NCBI GenBank assembly: GCA_040758355.1
Contig: JBFLWF010000039.1
Coordinates: 1-17,253, forward strand
Source of the DNA: Nitrospirota bacterium
GTDB taxonomy: Bacteria > Nitrospirota > Thermodesulfovibrionia > Thermodesulfovibrionales > Dissulfurispiraceae
Reading direction: 5' to 3'
Length of the DNA stretch: 17,253 nucleotides
The notes beneath the pieces were generated by a model that made no database searches, was not told the origin of the DNA, and saw nothing but the letters and a program-made list of their open reading frames with translations. Every line of letters begins with the position of its first letter. The first letter of the stretch is position 1. Both the position numbers and the translations under genes were made by a program. Positions 6,545 to 15,556 of the stretch are shown one piece after another.

Positions 6545-7525
6545 TTACTCTTCTTCCTTCGGCTTGGCAAATATCATCCTTCCTGCTGTTGTCTGTAAAA
6601 CACTGGTGACAACAACTTCCACGTTCTTGCCTATAAGCCTCCGTGCATTTTCTATAACAACCATGGTTCCGTCATCGAGGTATGCAACACCCTGATTGTA
6701 TTCTTTGCCTTCTTTTACAATGAATAGATTGAGTGCCTCACCAGGCAATACTACAGGCTTGAGGACATTGGAAAGCTCATTTATATTCAGTACAGATACT
6801 CCCTGAAGCTGTGCAACCTTATTCAGATTAAAGTCATTGGTAATTACCTTTGCATTCATAAGCCTTGCAAGGGCTATGAGCTTTGCATCCACTTCCTTTA
6901 TTTTAGGGAAGTCCTCTTCCACTATCCTGACCTCAATATTGGACATCTTCTGTATCCTGTGCAGTACATCGAGGCCCCGTCTCCCTTTCGTCCTCCTCAT
7001 GGGGTCCGGAGAATCCGCTATGTACTGGAGTTCCTGAAGAATGAACTGAGGGATAATAAATGTCCCTTCCACAAATCCTGCCTCGATAACATCTGCGATG
7101 CGTCCATCGATGATCACGCTCGTGTCTAAAATTTTAAGGTCTTCTTCCAATTCCTGTCCTTTAAACAATCGCATGATTGCCGGAATTGTGAGATTCTTGC
7201 CCCTGTGCAAGCCGACAAAAAGTCCGCCGTAGCCCAGGATTGCATTCAAGATAAACGAAGACAGCATGCGGCTTTCATCGGTAATGACATACCTGAGCGG
7301 CAGTAAGATTAGATTGGCAAAGATAAGTCCAATGCTCAGTCCTAAAAGACCTCCGAGGATGGAGCCGAAAGAGACCGTTCTCAGCCTTGACTCTATAATT
7401 ATCGAGACGATTCCAAAGAAAAGACCTGTTATTAATCCTTCGGCTACAAATCCGTATTTAAGGCCGTATAAATAGCCTGCAAATACAAAAACCGAAGCTA
7501 TGGCTATCCTTGCAAAGATGTTCAA
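6545..7525 (-). CDS. Membrane-anchored PIN/TRAM domain protein (YacL family)
   Basis: N-terminal TM helices, KILDTSVIIDGRI, RGRRGLD-like KGRRGLDVL, TNDFNLNKVA, QGVAYLDDGTMVV, SVLQTTAGRMIFA; TTG start after GGGGAGGTG; typical position upstream of ispDF. Confidence 0.93.
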   Translation of the reverse strand: MNIFARIAIASVFVFAGYLYGLKYGFVAEGLITGLFFGIVSIIIESRLRTVSFGSILGGLLGLSIGLIFANLILLPLRYVITDESRMLSSFILNAILGYGGLFVGLHRGKNLTIPAIMRLFKGQELEEDLKILDTSVIIDGRIADVIEAGFVEGTFIIPQFILQELQYIADSPDPMRRTKGRRGLDVLHRIQKMSNIEVRIVEEDFPKIKEVDAKLIALARLMNAKVITNDFNLNKVAQLQGVSVLNINELSNVLKPVVLPGEALNLFIVKEGKEYNQGVAYLDDGTMVVIENARRLIGKNVEVVVTSVLQTTAGRMIFAKPKEEE

Positions 7526-7546
7526 AAATATTCACCTCCCCTTTTT

Positions 7547-7616
7547 AGTCATAAGTGAATAGTATTCAGTGAATAATAAAAACTTACCACTAATACTTCA
7601 CTATTCACTATTCACT
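7547..7616. repeat. Inverted 7-nt tandem repeat element (AGTGAAT)
   Basis: Left AGTCATA AGTGAAT AGTATTC AGTGAAT; right ..CTTCACTATTCACTATTCACT; overlaps the degQ stop codon. Confidence 0.75.
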
Positions 7617-9066
7617 GCGGCGGCAGAGCAACATAAAACTTCTTGCCGCTGCGATTTATAAACAGCAAAACAGAATCGTCAGGCCTTGTCTTCGAGGCCA
7701 TTTTATTAAAATCATTCAAACTATTAATCCTCTGTCTGTCTATCTCCTGCACAACATCTCCCTTCCGCAAACCAGCATCCTCAGCAGATGAGCCGTGTTC
7801 GACCTTGACAATAACAACGCCCTTTTCATCCCTGTCTATTCCGAGCTGTTTTGCAATAGCAGCGTTGAGATCCATAACCGTTATTCCCGATAGCGCATTA
7901 TCGCTCATATCCATGCCCTGCGAAGAACTTGGAACTACATCTCCGAGGTCTGCAGGCAATTCCATTATGGTTGCCCTCACGGCTATCTCCTTGTCGCGTC
8001 TCAATACCTTTATCTCAACCTGTGAGCCGATCCTGCTCTGTGCAACCATATTCCTCAATGTGGCTACATCCCTTACCTTCTTCCCGTTAAACTCAAGGAT
8101 AATATCTCCCCGCATGATGCCTGCCCTGTGTGCCGGACTGCCTTTGGCAACATCGCTCACAAGGGCGCCCTCGGACTGCTTAAGTCCGAACTTCTGGGCT
8201 ATATCCGGAGTAAGCTCCTGAATTGTAATGCCGAGCCATCCCCTTGTTACCTTGCCCTGTTTTATCAATTGATCCATAACAATGCGGACCATATTAGTCG
8301 GGACAGTGAACCCGATGCCCTGATATCCGCCTGTTTTTGAAAATATGGCGGTATTGATCCCTATCAACTCGCCTTTGATATTCACTAAGGGCCCGCCTGA
8401 ATTTCCCGGATTTATTGCAGCATCCGTCTGTATGAAGTTCTCATAATCGGTAATGCCCACATCTGCCCTTCCAACTGCACTGATGATGCCCATCGTCACA
8501 GTGTGGCTCAGACCGAAGGGATTTCCTATAGCGAGGACAAATTCTCCGACCTGCAGTTTGTCGGAATCTCCCCATGGGAGCATAGGGAGTCCTTTTGCAT
8601 CTATCTTTATAATGGCGATGTCGGTTTTAGGGTCCGAGCCAACAACCTTTGCCTTAAAGCTCTTTTTATCCATAAGGATAACCTTTATCTCATCCGCCTG
8701 CTCGATTACGTGGTTGTTTGTAACTATATACCCGTCTGATGACACAATAACCCCGGAGCCGAGGCTCTGCTCCTTCCATTTTCTTCCCCTTCCGTCAGGG
8801 AACGGATACAGGAAATCAAAAAATTCATCGAATGGGGAGGGCTGTCTCTTTATTACCTTTGTGCTTGAGATATTGACAACTGCAGGGGATACCCCCTTCA
8901 CAATCTCTGAGAATGCACGGCTCGTCTCCTCTATCTGCTTCGGCACACGGGGCGCAAACGGCGTGTACGATGTGGCTACCGTCTTACCGAGGAGATAATA
9001 AGTAATTCCACCGAGCAAAAATCCTATAAGAAGTATAGCGGGTATCCAGAGTAATCGCCTTTTCAT
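7612..9066 (-). CDS. degQ: DegQ/DegP (HtrA-family) serine endoprotease with two PDZ domains
   Basis: N-terminal hydrophobic anchor, SLGSGVIV, TNNHV, TDIA, FIQTDAAINPGNSGGPL, two PDZ-like repeats. Exact paralogue name is uncertain. Confidence 0.92.
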   Translation of the reverse strand: MKRRLLWIPAILLIGFLLGGITYYLLGKTVATSYTPFAPRVPKQIEETSRAFSEIVKGVSPAVVNISSTKVIKRQPSPFDEFFDFLYPFPDGRGRKWKEQSLGSGVIVSSDGYIVTNNHVIEQADEIKVILMDKKSFKAKVVGSDPKTDIAIIKIDAKGLPMLPWGDSDKLQVGEFVLAIGNPFGLSHTVTMGIISAVGRADVGITDYENFIQTDAAINPGNSGGPLVNIKGELIGINTAIFSKTGGYQGIGFTVPTNMVRIVMDQLIKQGKVTRGWLGITIQELTPDIAQKFGLKQSEGALVSDVAKGSPAHRAGIMRGDIILEFNGKKVRDVATLRNMVAQSRIGSQVEIKVLRRDKEIAVRATIMELPADLGDVVPSSSQGMDMSDNALSGITVMDLNAAIAKQLGIDRDEKGVVIVKVEHGSSAEDAGLRKGDVVQEIDRQRINSLNDFNKMASKTRPDDSVLLFINRSGKKFYVALPPQ

Positions 9067-9071
9067 ACTTT

Positions 9072-10952
9072 CTATTTTAACATGAATTTTCGAATATCCC
9101 CAACCCTCAGTGTAATCCTGTTGGAATCGAGATACTCAAGAAATGGAAGGGCATATTTGCGGGAAGTGCCCAGAATATCCCTGAATTCAGCCACTGTCAT
9201 CTCTTTCTTTTTTGCATAGAAATCTTTAAGCAGATTAAGCATTTTATCATACTGCCCTTTCGTTATATGCATGGAATCATTAATCCTTATAACAGCGCCC
9301 TCCTTCGCAAGAAGCTTCAAAAGGTCGGTAATCTCTTTTTCGGAAATGGATAATTTCTGCGCAAGCTCTGATTTCATGGGTGGCTGAAAACCATCCCCAT
9401 TCAGGGCGCTAATGATCTTGCCTTTGATTCCTTCATCCATATGTGATAGGGATACCTTAAAGTCCTTGAGCCTTACTATGTCCTTCTCCACCACGATATC
9501 AGGTATCAATGAAATAAGCACCGAGAAGTGAGTTGTATGCGGCACTTTAGCCTTTAATTCTTCTTTGGGTATACCTGGTTTTAACGGATTCTCTTTATGG
9601 AACCGGCTGAGGGTTGCTTTTACTGTATCTCTGAATGAATTAAAGCTATCGCTGTGCATGAGAATATCCTGGCTCTTAATAAGTTTTCCAGACTTCACCA
9701 GTTCTTCTATGGCTGTCTTAATCTCAGGGATATTGCCCTGTATCCAGCCTTCAATCTCGGATAGAGCACAGCCTCTAAAATGTGATTTTTTAACCTTTAC
9801 ATCGATCTTCTCCTTTATGCTTCCTTTCTCAAGGATTATGAGATCTTCTATTCCTTCCTTTTTCTTTCTTTTAGCCGGGTAAGGGTCGAGGATTTCGCCT
9901 CCGCCTATGGTTTCAAGTGGTGAAAATCTCCTGATAATGTACCTGTCTCCTGATAAGACTATAACAGGATCTTCAAGCCTGAACTGGCAGTAGCAAGATT
10001 CCCCTGCCTTTATCTCATCTTTGTCATAAAGTACAATCCTTGCAATGGCCTCGGAAGTGCCTGAATAAAAGTGCACAAGGCTTCTGCTCTTTACTGCTGG
10101 TGCATCTGCGAGCATCTCAAGCCTTGCGTCTATCACCCTTGTGGGAATAAAGCGGTCTGGAGGGACGACTACATCGCCCCGCTTCAGAGATTCCTTGTCA
10201 ATACCCTGAAGATTGATCCCTATCCTCTGCCCGGCATAGGCTTTTTCAACGCTCTTGCCGTGGCTCTGCAAACCTCTTACCTTCGATGCAATCTTTGAAG
10301 GGAGTATTTCCACAGGTGCCTCCAGCGATATTGCTCCTGATAAAGCAGTGCCTGTTACCACAGTTCCAAACCCTTTCAGCGTAAAGACCCTGTCTATGGG
10401 AAGCCTGAACAGGCCTTCTATTAACTTGGGTTTTACATTTTTAGCAACTTCTTTTATCTTCTCCTTCAGCAGGTCTATATTCATGCCTGTTTTTGCCGAT
10501 ACAGAGATTATCTCTGCGTTCTCGAGGAATGTGCCTTTTACAAATCCCCTCACATCATCGATTACAAGCTGGAGCCAATCTTTGTCAACAAGGTCTGCCT
10601 TTGTTATTGCCACAATCCCTGCCTTGATCTTCAGCAGTTCGCAGATAGCGAGGTGCTCCCTGCTCTGCGGCATAATCCCTTCATCCGCAGCAATGACCAT
10701 TAAGACAATATCGATGCCACCGGCGCCGGCAAGCATGTTCTTTATAAGACGCTCGTGTCCAGGCACATCGACGATTCCGACAGTAAGGCCGTCAGGATAG
10801 GAAAGGTTGGCAAAGCCAAGGTCGATGGTGATGCCTCTCTCCTTTTCCTCCTTTAATCTGTCGGGGTCAATGCCTGTGAGTGCTTTTACGAGAGAGCTTT
10901 TGCCGTGGTCGATGTGGCCGGCAGTTCCGAGGATTACGCTTTTAATGCTCAT
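9072..10952 (-). CDS. selB: Selenocysteine-specific translation elongation factor
   Basis: [38 protein letters not shown]-terminal winged helix motif [21 protein letters not shown]...R.GD.R. Confidence 0.97.
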   Translation of the reverse strand: MSIKSVILGTAGHIDHGKSSLVKALTGIDPDRLKEEKERGITIDLGFANLSYPDGLTVGIVDVPGHERLIKNMLAGAGGIDIVLMVIAADEGIMPQSREHLAICELLKIKAGIVAITKADLVDKDWLQLVIDDVRGFVKGTFLENAEIISVSAKTGMNIDLLKEKIKEVAKNVKPKLIEGLFRLPIDRVFTLKGFGTVVTGTALSGAISLEAPVEILPSKIASKVRGLQSHGKSVEKAYAGQRIGINLQGIDKESLKRGDVVVPPDRFIPTRVIDARLEMLADAPAVKSRSLVHFYSGTSEAIARIVLYDKDEIKAGESCYCQFRLEDPVIVLSGDRYIIRRFSPLETIGGGEILDPYPAKRKKKEGIEDLIILEKGSIKEKIDVKVKKSHFRGCALSEIEGWIQGNIPEIKTAIEELVKSGKLIKSQDILMHSDSFNSFRDTVKATLSRFHKENPLKPGIPKEELKAKVPHTTHFSVLISLIPDIVVEKDIVRLKDFKVSLSHMDEGIKGKIISALNGDGFQPPMKSELAQKLSISEKEITDLLKLLAKEGAVIRINDSMHITKGQYDKMLNLLKDFYAKKKEMTVAEFRDILGTSRKYALPFLEYLDSNRITLRVGDIRKFMLK

Positions 10953-11572
10953 TGTTTTATTACAAACTCTTTAAAGCCTTTGAGGATTTTCAGGCCAAGT
11001 TCCTGGCTTTTTTCCGGATGGAACTGTGTTGCAAATATGTTGTCCCTCCAGATCATCGATGTAAATTCAAGCCCGTAATCCGTTGTCCCTGCAACAATAT
11101 CTTTATCTTCCGGTGCAACATAATAGGAATGGACAAAGTAGAAATAGGAATTGTCCTGTATCCCGTCAAATACAGGCGGCTTCTTGACAAACCTTACTGC
11201 ATTCCAGCCCATGTGCGGAATCTTCAGGTCTGAACCTGCATCGAATTTGAATTTCAGAACCCTTCCCCTGAACACATCCAGTCCCTTGCAGATACCGAAC
11301 TCTTCAGACTCTGTAAACAATATCTGCAATCCGAGGCATATGCCTAAATAAGGCTTGCCCTTTTGGGTCTCTTTCACAATAGAGTCGAGGAGCTTAAGAT
11401 TATCAAGGTTTTTCATGCAGTCTCTGAATGCGCCCACACCCGGAAGCACTATGCCTTTTGCGTCAGCAAGAACCTTCGGGTCGGATGTAATCTTCACATC
11501 AGCGCCGATTTTTATGAACCCCTTTTCAACGCTCCTGATATTGCCCATTCCATAGTCAACGATAGCTATCAT
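10949..11572 (-). CDS. hisH: Imidazole glycerol phosphate synthase, glutamine amidotransferase subunit
   Basis: [43 protein letters not shown]. Start may be 11572 or 11590. Confidence 0.96.
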   Translation of the reverse strand: MIAIVDYGMGNIRSVEKGFIKIGADVKITSDPKVLADAKGIVLPGVGAFRDCMKNLDNLKLLDSIVKETQKGKPYLGICLGLQILFTESEEFGICKGLDVFRGRVLKFKFDAGSDLKIPHMGWNAVRFVKKPPVFDGIQDNSYFYFVHSYYVAPEDKDIVAGTTDYGLEFTSMIWRDNIFATQFHPEKSQELGLKILKGFKEFVIKQ

Positions 11573-11583
11573 AGTCTTTGATT

Positions 11584-13998
11584 TTACCATACGAGAAAAA
11601 GTTTTTTAAAATTCATTAACTCATCCCTGACAGTCTTTGCTTCCGTGAATTGCAAATCCTTCCACGTCTTTATCTCAAGCCTTCCACCGGGCAGTTCCTT
11701 AATACCAATAGCCCCTTCCTTGTCGGTTCTGAATATTTTTACGCCATCAAGCATATCGAGTGCTTCGTCATGCGGATGGTTGTATGAATTTTTTCTTCCA
11801 ACGCTTATCACGGCAATATCTGGAGAAACAGCAGAAACAAACACCTGCGACGAGGATGTGCGGCTGCCGTGATGAGGGACTTTCAGGACATTGCTTTTAA
11901 GATATTCTCCAAAATGCGACAGATCTTCTTCTGCCTCTTCTTCAATATCTCCTGCAAAAAGAAAAGTATTCTTATGGCCCTGAATCCTCAAAACAATGGA
12001 ATCATTATTCTCATCGCTGTCTCTTGAATGCATTGTGTAAAAACCATCATAGGGATGAAGGACAGTAATTATGTATCCACTCCCTTCAATAACATCGCCC
12101 CTCTGTAGTTTTCTAATCCGCAATCCCATGAATCCTTGGGGATAAATGAGTCTGCCGTTGTCCCATATCTCTTGAATATTAAAATTCCTTAAAAGATGAA
12201 ATATTCCACCTGCGTGGTCGGATTGTCCGTGGGATAAAATAATAGCATCGATATTTTTGATCCCTCTGTATTTTAAAAACCCGCCTGTCTGAAAACCCTT
12301 TCTGCCAGCATCTATCACAAGAGTCCTCTTATCAGGAAGTTCAACCACTGCAGAATCTCCCTGCCCCACATCAAGATAGGTGATACTTATCCCATTGGGT
12401 TCAAGAAGTTTGATGCCAGCGTAAAAAACAATCGGAAGAATTGCAACACCAGCCGGAATGGCTATAGGCAATAGGCGATAGGCTGAAGGATGTAAAATCA
12501 AAAAAACATAAACCAGAATCCCGAGATAAAATATAACCAACAATACAGGAGGGAATGCGGGAATCTTTATGTCTACAAAATTCCACTGTGCGGTGTACTT
12601 TATTGCATCAAGAACGAAAATTGTAATCGCATCGATAAACGAAGATAGCAGGAAAACACCTGAAGCAAGAAAAACAAACGAAGACACGAGGGATAAAGGA
12701 AGAACAACAAATCCGATAACAGGTGTAATAATAAGATTTGTAATGGGCGATACGAGAGAAAAATAATGGAAATAATAAGCAACAAGCGGTGCAGTTCCGA
12801 TGGTTGCAGCAAGGGAGATCAGTAATGGAGTGATGGAGTAATGGAGTAATGTTTTTTTCCAATACTCCACCACTCCATTACTCCGGTTCTTTTTGCTCCA
12901 TGACTCCATCACTCCATCTTTTCTTTGTTCTGCAACCATTCCTATGCATAATACAGCGATAAAAGAGAGCTGGAATGAGAGGTCGAGGATCGAATCAGGC
13001 TGGATTAAAATTATCACTACTGCTGCAAAGAGCAGTGTATTCAGCCAGAACCCTTTTCGATGAATGAGTAGGCTGGAGAGGAAAAATGTAATCATAATAA
13101 AAGACCTTATGGAAGGTATGCTCATGTCCGATATTCCGAGATAGCCGATCATAAATGGAATGCATAAGATTGCAGCAATTTGAGAAGGGGTGAGATAAAG
13201 CGTCAATCTGACAAGCATATTATACGGCAATGCCTTTAAGAGAAATCTGAACAGTCTGAACAAGATAAACAGCAATAAACCGAAATGTGCCCCTGATATG
13301 CTCAGTATATGCGCAAGTCCTGTGGCATTAAATGCATCCCTCGTCTCCTTTGTCAGCAAACTGCGCTCTCCTGTTGTTATAGACATGAGAAAAGGAGATG
13401 ATTCCGAAGAAAAATTCCTCTTCATGAAGTCATTAAGCCGTATTCTTAACCTCTTAAAAAATCCGTTAGGATTACTGCCGGCATCCTTGATCTCAACAGC
13501 ATATCCCGAAAGGAGATTATGATTGCTCCCCGGATTTAAAGAGTATGCATCCTTAGGAATATGCGCCTTGATGTGGTATATCCTGTCTGAAAGCAATACC
13601 CTATTGCTTATTAATCGCAATTCTTTTAAATTCTCCGGCTCTCTGATTTCTATTCTCTGGGAAAAGGCTGCCACGCCTTGATATGATTCAGGATCCAACG
13701 AAACGGCTTCTGAATTTGTCACGCCTCGAAGCTCTATAGTTTCACCGGCAATATGAGAAAGGGAAGGCTGCTGTATATATAAAAACTTCGCGTAATAAAA
13801 TCCTGAAACAGCAATAACCAAAAACCAGAACACAGAGAACAGAATACAGAAAACAGACTTAACATCTTTCTGATTTCTGAACTTTGAAAAAGCCAATAAG
13901 ACTATCAATATCAGGGATATAAAAACACTTAAAAAAGGGAAGAATCTATGGATATAAAAAAGTGCTGTGCCGCAAATGAATGAAATAAAATAGCTCAT
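11584..13998 (-). CDS. comEC: DNA internalization competence protein ComEC/Rec2
   Basis: TGLAHILSISGAH, SIRS, LSFQLSF, LDVGQGDS, metallo-beta-lactamase domain with NNDSIVL, GDIE, LKVPHHGS, YNHPH. Confidence 0.95.
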   Translation of the reverse strand: MSYFISFICGTALFYIHRFFPFLSVFISLILIVLLAFSKFRNQKDVKSVFCILFSVFWFLVIAVSGFYYAKFLYIQQPSLSHIAGETIELRGVTNSEAVSLDPESYQGVAAFSQRIEIREPENLKELRLISNRVLLSDRIYHIKAHIPKDAYSLNPGSNHNLLSGYAVEIKDAGSNPNGFFKRLRIRLNDFMKRNFSSESSPFLMSITTGERSLLTKETRDAFNATGLAHILSISGAHFGLLLFILFRLFRFLLKALPYNMLVRLTLYLTPSQIAAILCIPFMIGYLGISDMSIPSIRSFIMITFFLSSLLIHRKGFWLNTLLFAAVVIILIQPDSILDLSFQLSFIAVLCIGMVAEQRKDGVMESWSKKNRSNGVVEYWKKTLLHYSITPLLISLAATIGTAPLVAYYFHYFSLVSPITNLIITPVIGFVVLPLSLVSSFVFLASGVFLLSSFIDAITIFVLDAIKYTAQWNFVDIKIPAFPPVLLVIFYLGILVYVFLILHPSAYRLLPIAIPAGVAILPIVFYAGIKLLEPNGISITYLDVGQGDSAVVELPDKRTLVIDAGRKGFQTGGFLKYRGIKNIDAIILSHGQSDHAGGIFHLLRNFNIQEIWDNGRLIYPQGFMGLRIRKLQRGDVIEGSGYIITVLHPYDGFYTMHSRDSDENNDSIVLRIQGHKNTFLFAGDIEEEAEEDLSHFGEYLKSNVLKVPHHGSRTSSSQVFVSAVSPDIAVISVGRKNSYNHPHDEALDMLDGVKIFRTDKEGAIGIKELPGGRLEIKTWKDLQFTEAKTVRDELMNFKKLFLVW
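12459..12493. repeat. 7-nt tandem repeat tract (AGGCnAT), in-frame in comEC
   Basis: TGGCTAT AGGCAAT AGGCGAT AGGCTGA AGGATGT; no inverted partner seen. Confidence 0.6.
12821..12918. repeat. Inverted 8-nt tandem repeat element (GGAGTRAT), in-frame in comEC
   Basis: AGTAATGG AGTGATGG AGTAATGG AGTAATG (12821-12851), inverted CCAATACT CCACCACT CCATTACT CC (12859-12884), and a second inverted arm GCTCCATGACTCCATCACTCCATC (12895-12918). Confidence 0.88.
13817..13889. repeat. Inverted 7-nt tandem repeat element (nACAGAA), in-frame in comEC
   Basis: ACCAAAA ACCAGAA CACAGAG AACAGAA TACAGAA AACAGAC, then inverted TCTGATT TCTGAAC TTTGAAA. Confidence 0.7.
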
Positions 13999-14213
13999 GG
14001 CTCATAGTGATTCCAATCTAAAAATATATGTCAGGTGCTGCGAAAAGACTTTAAACCACGCACTTGTAAAGACATTTATCCTGTATCCGTCATCTACTAC
14101 ATTGGATACTTGATGGATAATGCATTTATTATCTCTCATATACGCTTGAACCAACACTTTTTAAAGTCTTTGAGCAGTGCCTGACATATATAAAAAGCTA
14201 TGAGCTATGAACT
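13992..14213. repeat. Inverted 7-nt-period arms (GCTCATA) bracketing the glmM-comEC intergenic region
   Basis: Left AGCTCATGGCTCATAGT (13992-14008) versus reverse complement of 14197-14213 AGTTCATAGCTCATAGC, 14/17 identical. Confidence 0.7.
14024..14191. other. 168-nt rod-like fold-back element (MITE-like or structured ncRNA)
   Basis: 32-nt terminal inverted repeats (14024-14055 and 14160-14191, 28/32 identical) plus internal stems CATTTATCC/GGATAATG and GTATCC/GGATAC. Confidence 0.7.
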
Positions 14214-15556
14214 CCCATTTTTTTCTGTATAACCCCTGCTACATCTTCAGCTACTTCCTTTGCCATTCCACCATCCTCTGCCTCGACCATAACCCTTATT
14301 TTCGGCTCCGTGCCAGAAGGCCTTACAAGGATCCTTCCCTTGTCTGCAAGCTTCCGGGTTGAATTCTCGATAACCCTTGTTATCTCAGGAACCTCTTTAA
14401 AATCCTTTTTCCCTGAAACAGCAACATTTAAAAGCACCTGCGGATAAAGCTCTATATCCGATGTCAGTTCCGAGATAAGCCTGTTCTTTTTCCTCATGAG
14501 ATACAGCACCTGTAAAGCAGTAATAGGGCCATCTCCCGTGGTATTGTAATCGAAAAATATTATGTGTCCCGACTGCTCACCGCCAAGGTTATACCCGCCT
14601 TTTTTCATTTCTTCGACAACATATCTGTCCCCTACCTTTGTCCTTATTAACTTTATCCCCTGTGCCGACAGATACTTCTCGATCCCGAGGTTTGTCATAA
14701 CCGTTGCCACAACACCATTACCGATGAGCTTCTCCTCTTTTTTAAGCTCCGATGCCCATATGCCCAGTATCATATCGCCATCCGCAATGCTGCCCTTCTC
14801 ATCCACGAAAAGCGTCCTGTCTGCATCGCCGTCATGTGCTATCCCGATGTGGGCATTGTGTTCCTTTACTGCCCTGGCAGCACATTCCAGATGCAATGAG
14901 CCGCAGTTGTCGTTTATATTAACGCCGTCTGGTTTGTCATTTATGGATATTACCTCTGCACCAAGTTCTCTCAAGAGCCATGGAGTAACCTTATAAGCAG
15001 CGCCGTTGGCAGCATCTACAACTACCTTTAAGCCTTCAAGGTCTATTCCTTTGGGAATCGTTGATTTGATGTACTCTATGTATCTGCCTGCTGCGTCATC
15101 GAGCCTGTATGCCCTTCCAACCTTTTCATTTGTTGGCCTTTTAGCTGGAAACCTCTCATCTGCCACGAGTTGTTCGATCTCTTTTTCCAGATCATCCGAT
15201 AACTTAAAACCTGCGGATGAGAATATCTTGATGCCGTTATCCCCGAATGGATTGTGAGAGGCTGAAATAACGATTCCTGCATCGAGCCGCAATGTGCGTG
15301 TTAGAAAGGCAATGCCGGGGGTCGGTATAGGCCCGACAAGGGTAACGTTCATTCCCATAGAGCAAATGCCTGAGGTTAAGGCACTCTCAATCATATAGCC
15401 CGAAAGCCGCGTGTCCTTTCCTATCAGTACCATGTTCCTTCCATGGTCGGTCTTGAGGGCAGATGCGATTGCCATGCCTATCCTTAAAACATTTTCAGGG
15501 GTCATGGGAGACCTGTTTACCTTGCCCCTTATGCCGTCCGTGCCGAATAATTTCAT
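14198..15556 (-). CDS. glmM: Phosphoglucosamine mutase
   Basis: LFGTDGIRG, GKDTRLSGYM, ISASHNP, DGDADR, GGEQSGH, RPSGTEPKIRVMVE; follows cdaA-cdaR. Confidence 0.97.
   Translation of the reverse strand: MKLFGTDGIRGKVNRSPMTPENVLRIGMAIASALKTDHGRNMVLIGKDTRLSGYMIESALTSGICSMGMNVTLVGPIPTPGIAFLTRTLRLDAGIVISASHNPFGDNGIKIFSSAGFKLSDDLEKEIEQLVADERFPAKRPTNEKVGRAYRLDDAAGRYIEYIKSTIPKGIDLEGLKVVVDAANGAAYKVTPWLLRELGAEVISINDKPDGVNINDNCGSLHLECAARAVKEHNAHIGIAHDGDADRTLFVDEKGSIADGDMILGIWASELKKEEKLIGNGVVATVMTNLGIEKYLSAQGIKLIRTKVGDRYVVEEMKKGGYNLGGEQSGHIIFFDYNTTGDGPITALQVLYLMRKKNRLISELTSDIELYPQVLLNVAVSGKKDFKEVPEITRVIENSTRKLADKGRILVRPSGTEPKIRVMVEAEDGGMAKEVAEDVAGVIQKKMGVHSS

Noticed and set aside
9515..9546. Odd SelB segment [10 protein letters not shown], possibly a decayed repeat insert
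   Set aside because: Periodicity too weak and no inverted partner; needs an orthologue alignment.
7643..10800. Long antisense ORFs (7643-8221, 8453-8998, 10255-10800) and similar shadows elsewhere
   Set aside because: Mirror frames of well-supported genes with no independent motifs or RBS.
5621..10952. Possible UGA-selenocysteine readthrough near selB (ispD, degQ and hisH end in TGA)
   Set aside because: All three proteins are full length at the TGA, two overlap the next ATG as ATGA, and no conserved Cys position is replaced.
12821..12918. CRISPR array interpretation of this and the other repeat tracts
   Set aside because: Units are 7-9 nt, contiguous and degenerate, with no unique spacers and no cas genes.
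13673..13697. TGGATCCTGAATCA (minus strand) in comEC, reminiscent of a REP-like half site
   Set aside because: Only a half site, single occurrence, no convincing hairpin.
14024..14191. Integron attC site or 6S RNA
   Set aside because: No RYYYAAC/GTTRRRY ends for attC. Bulges are asymmetric and the gene context is atypical for 6S, so it cannot be called without a covariance search.
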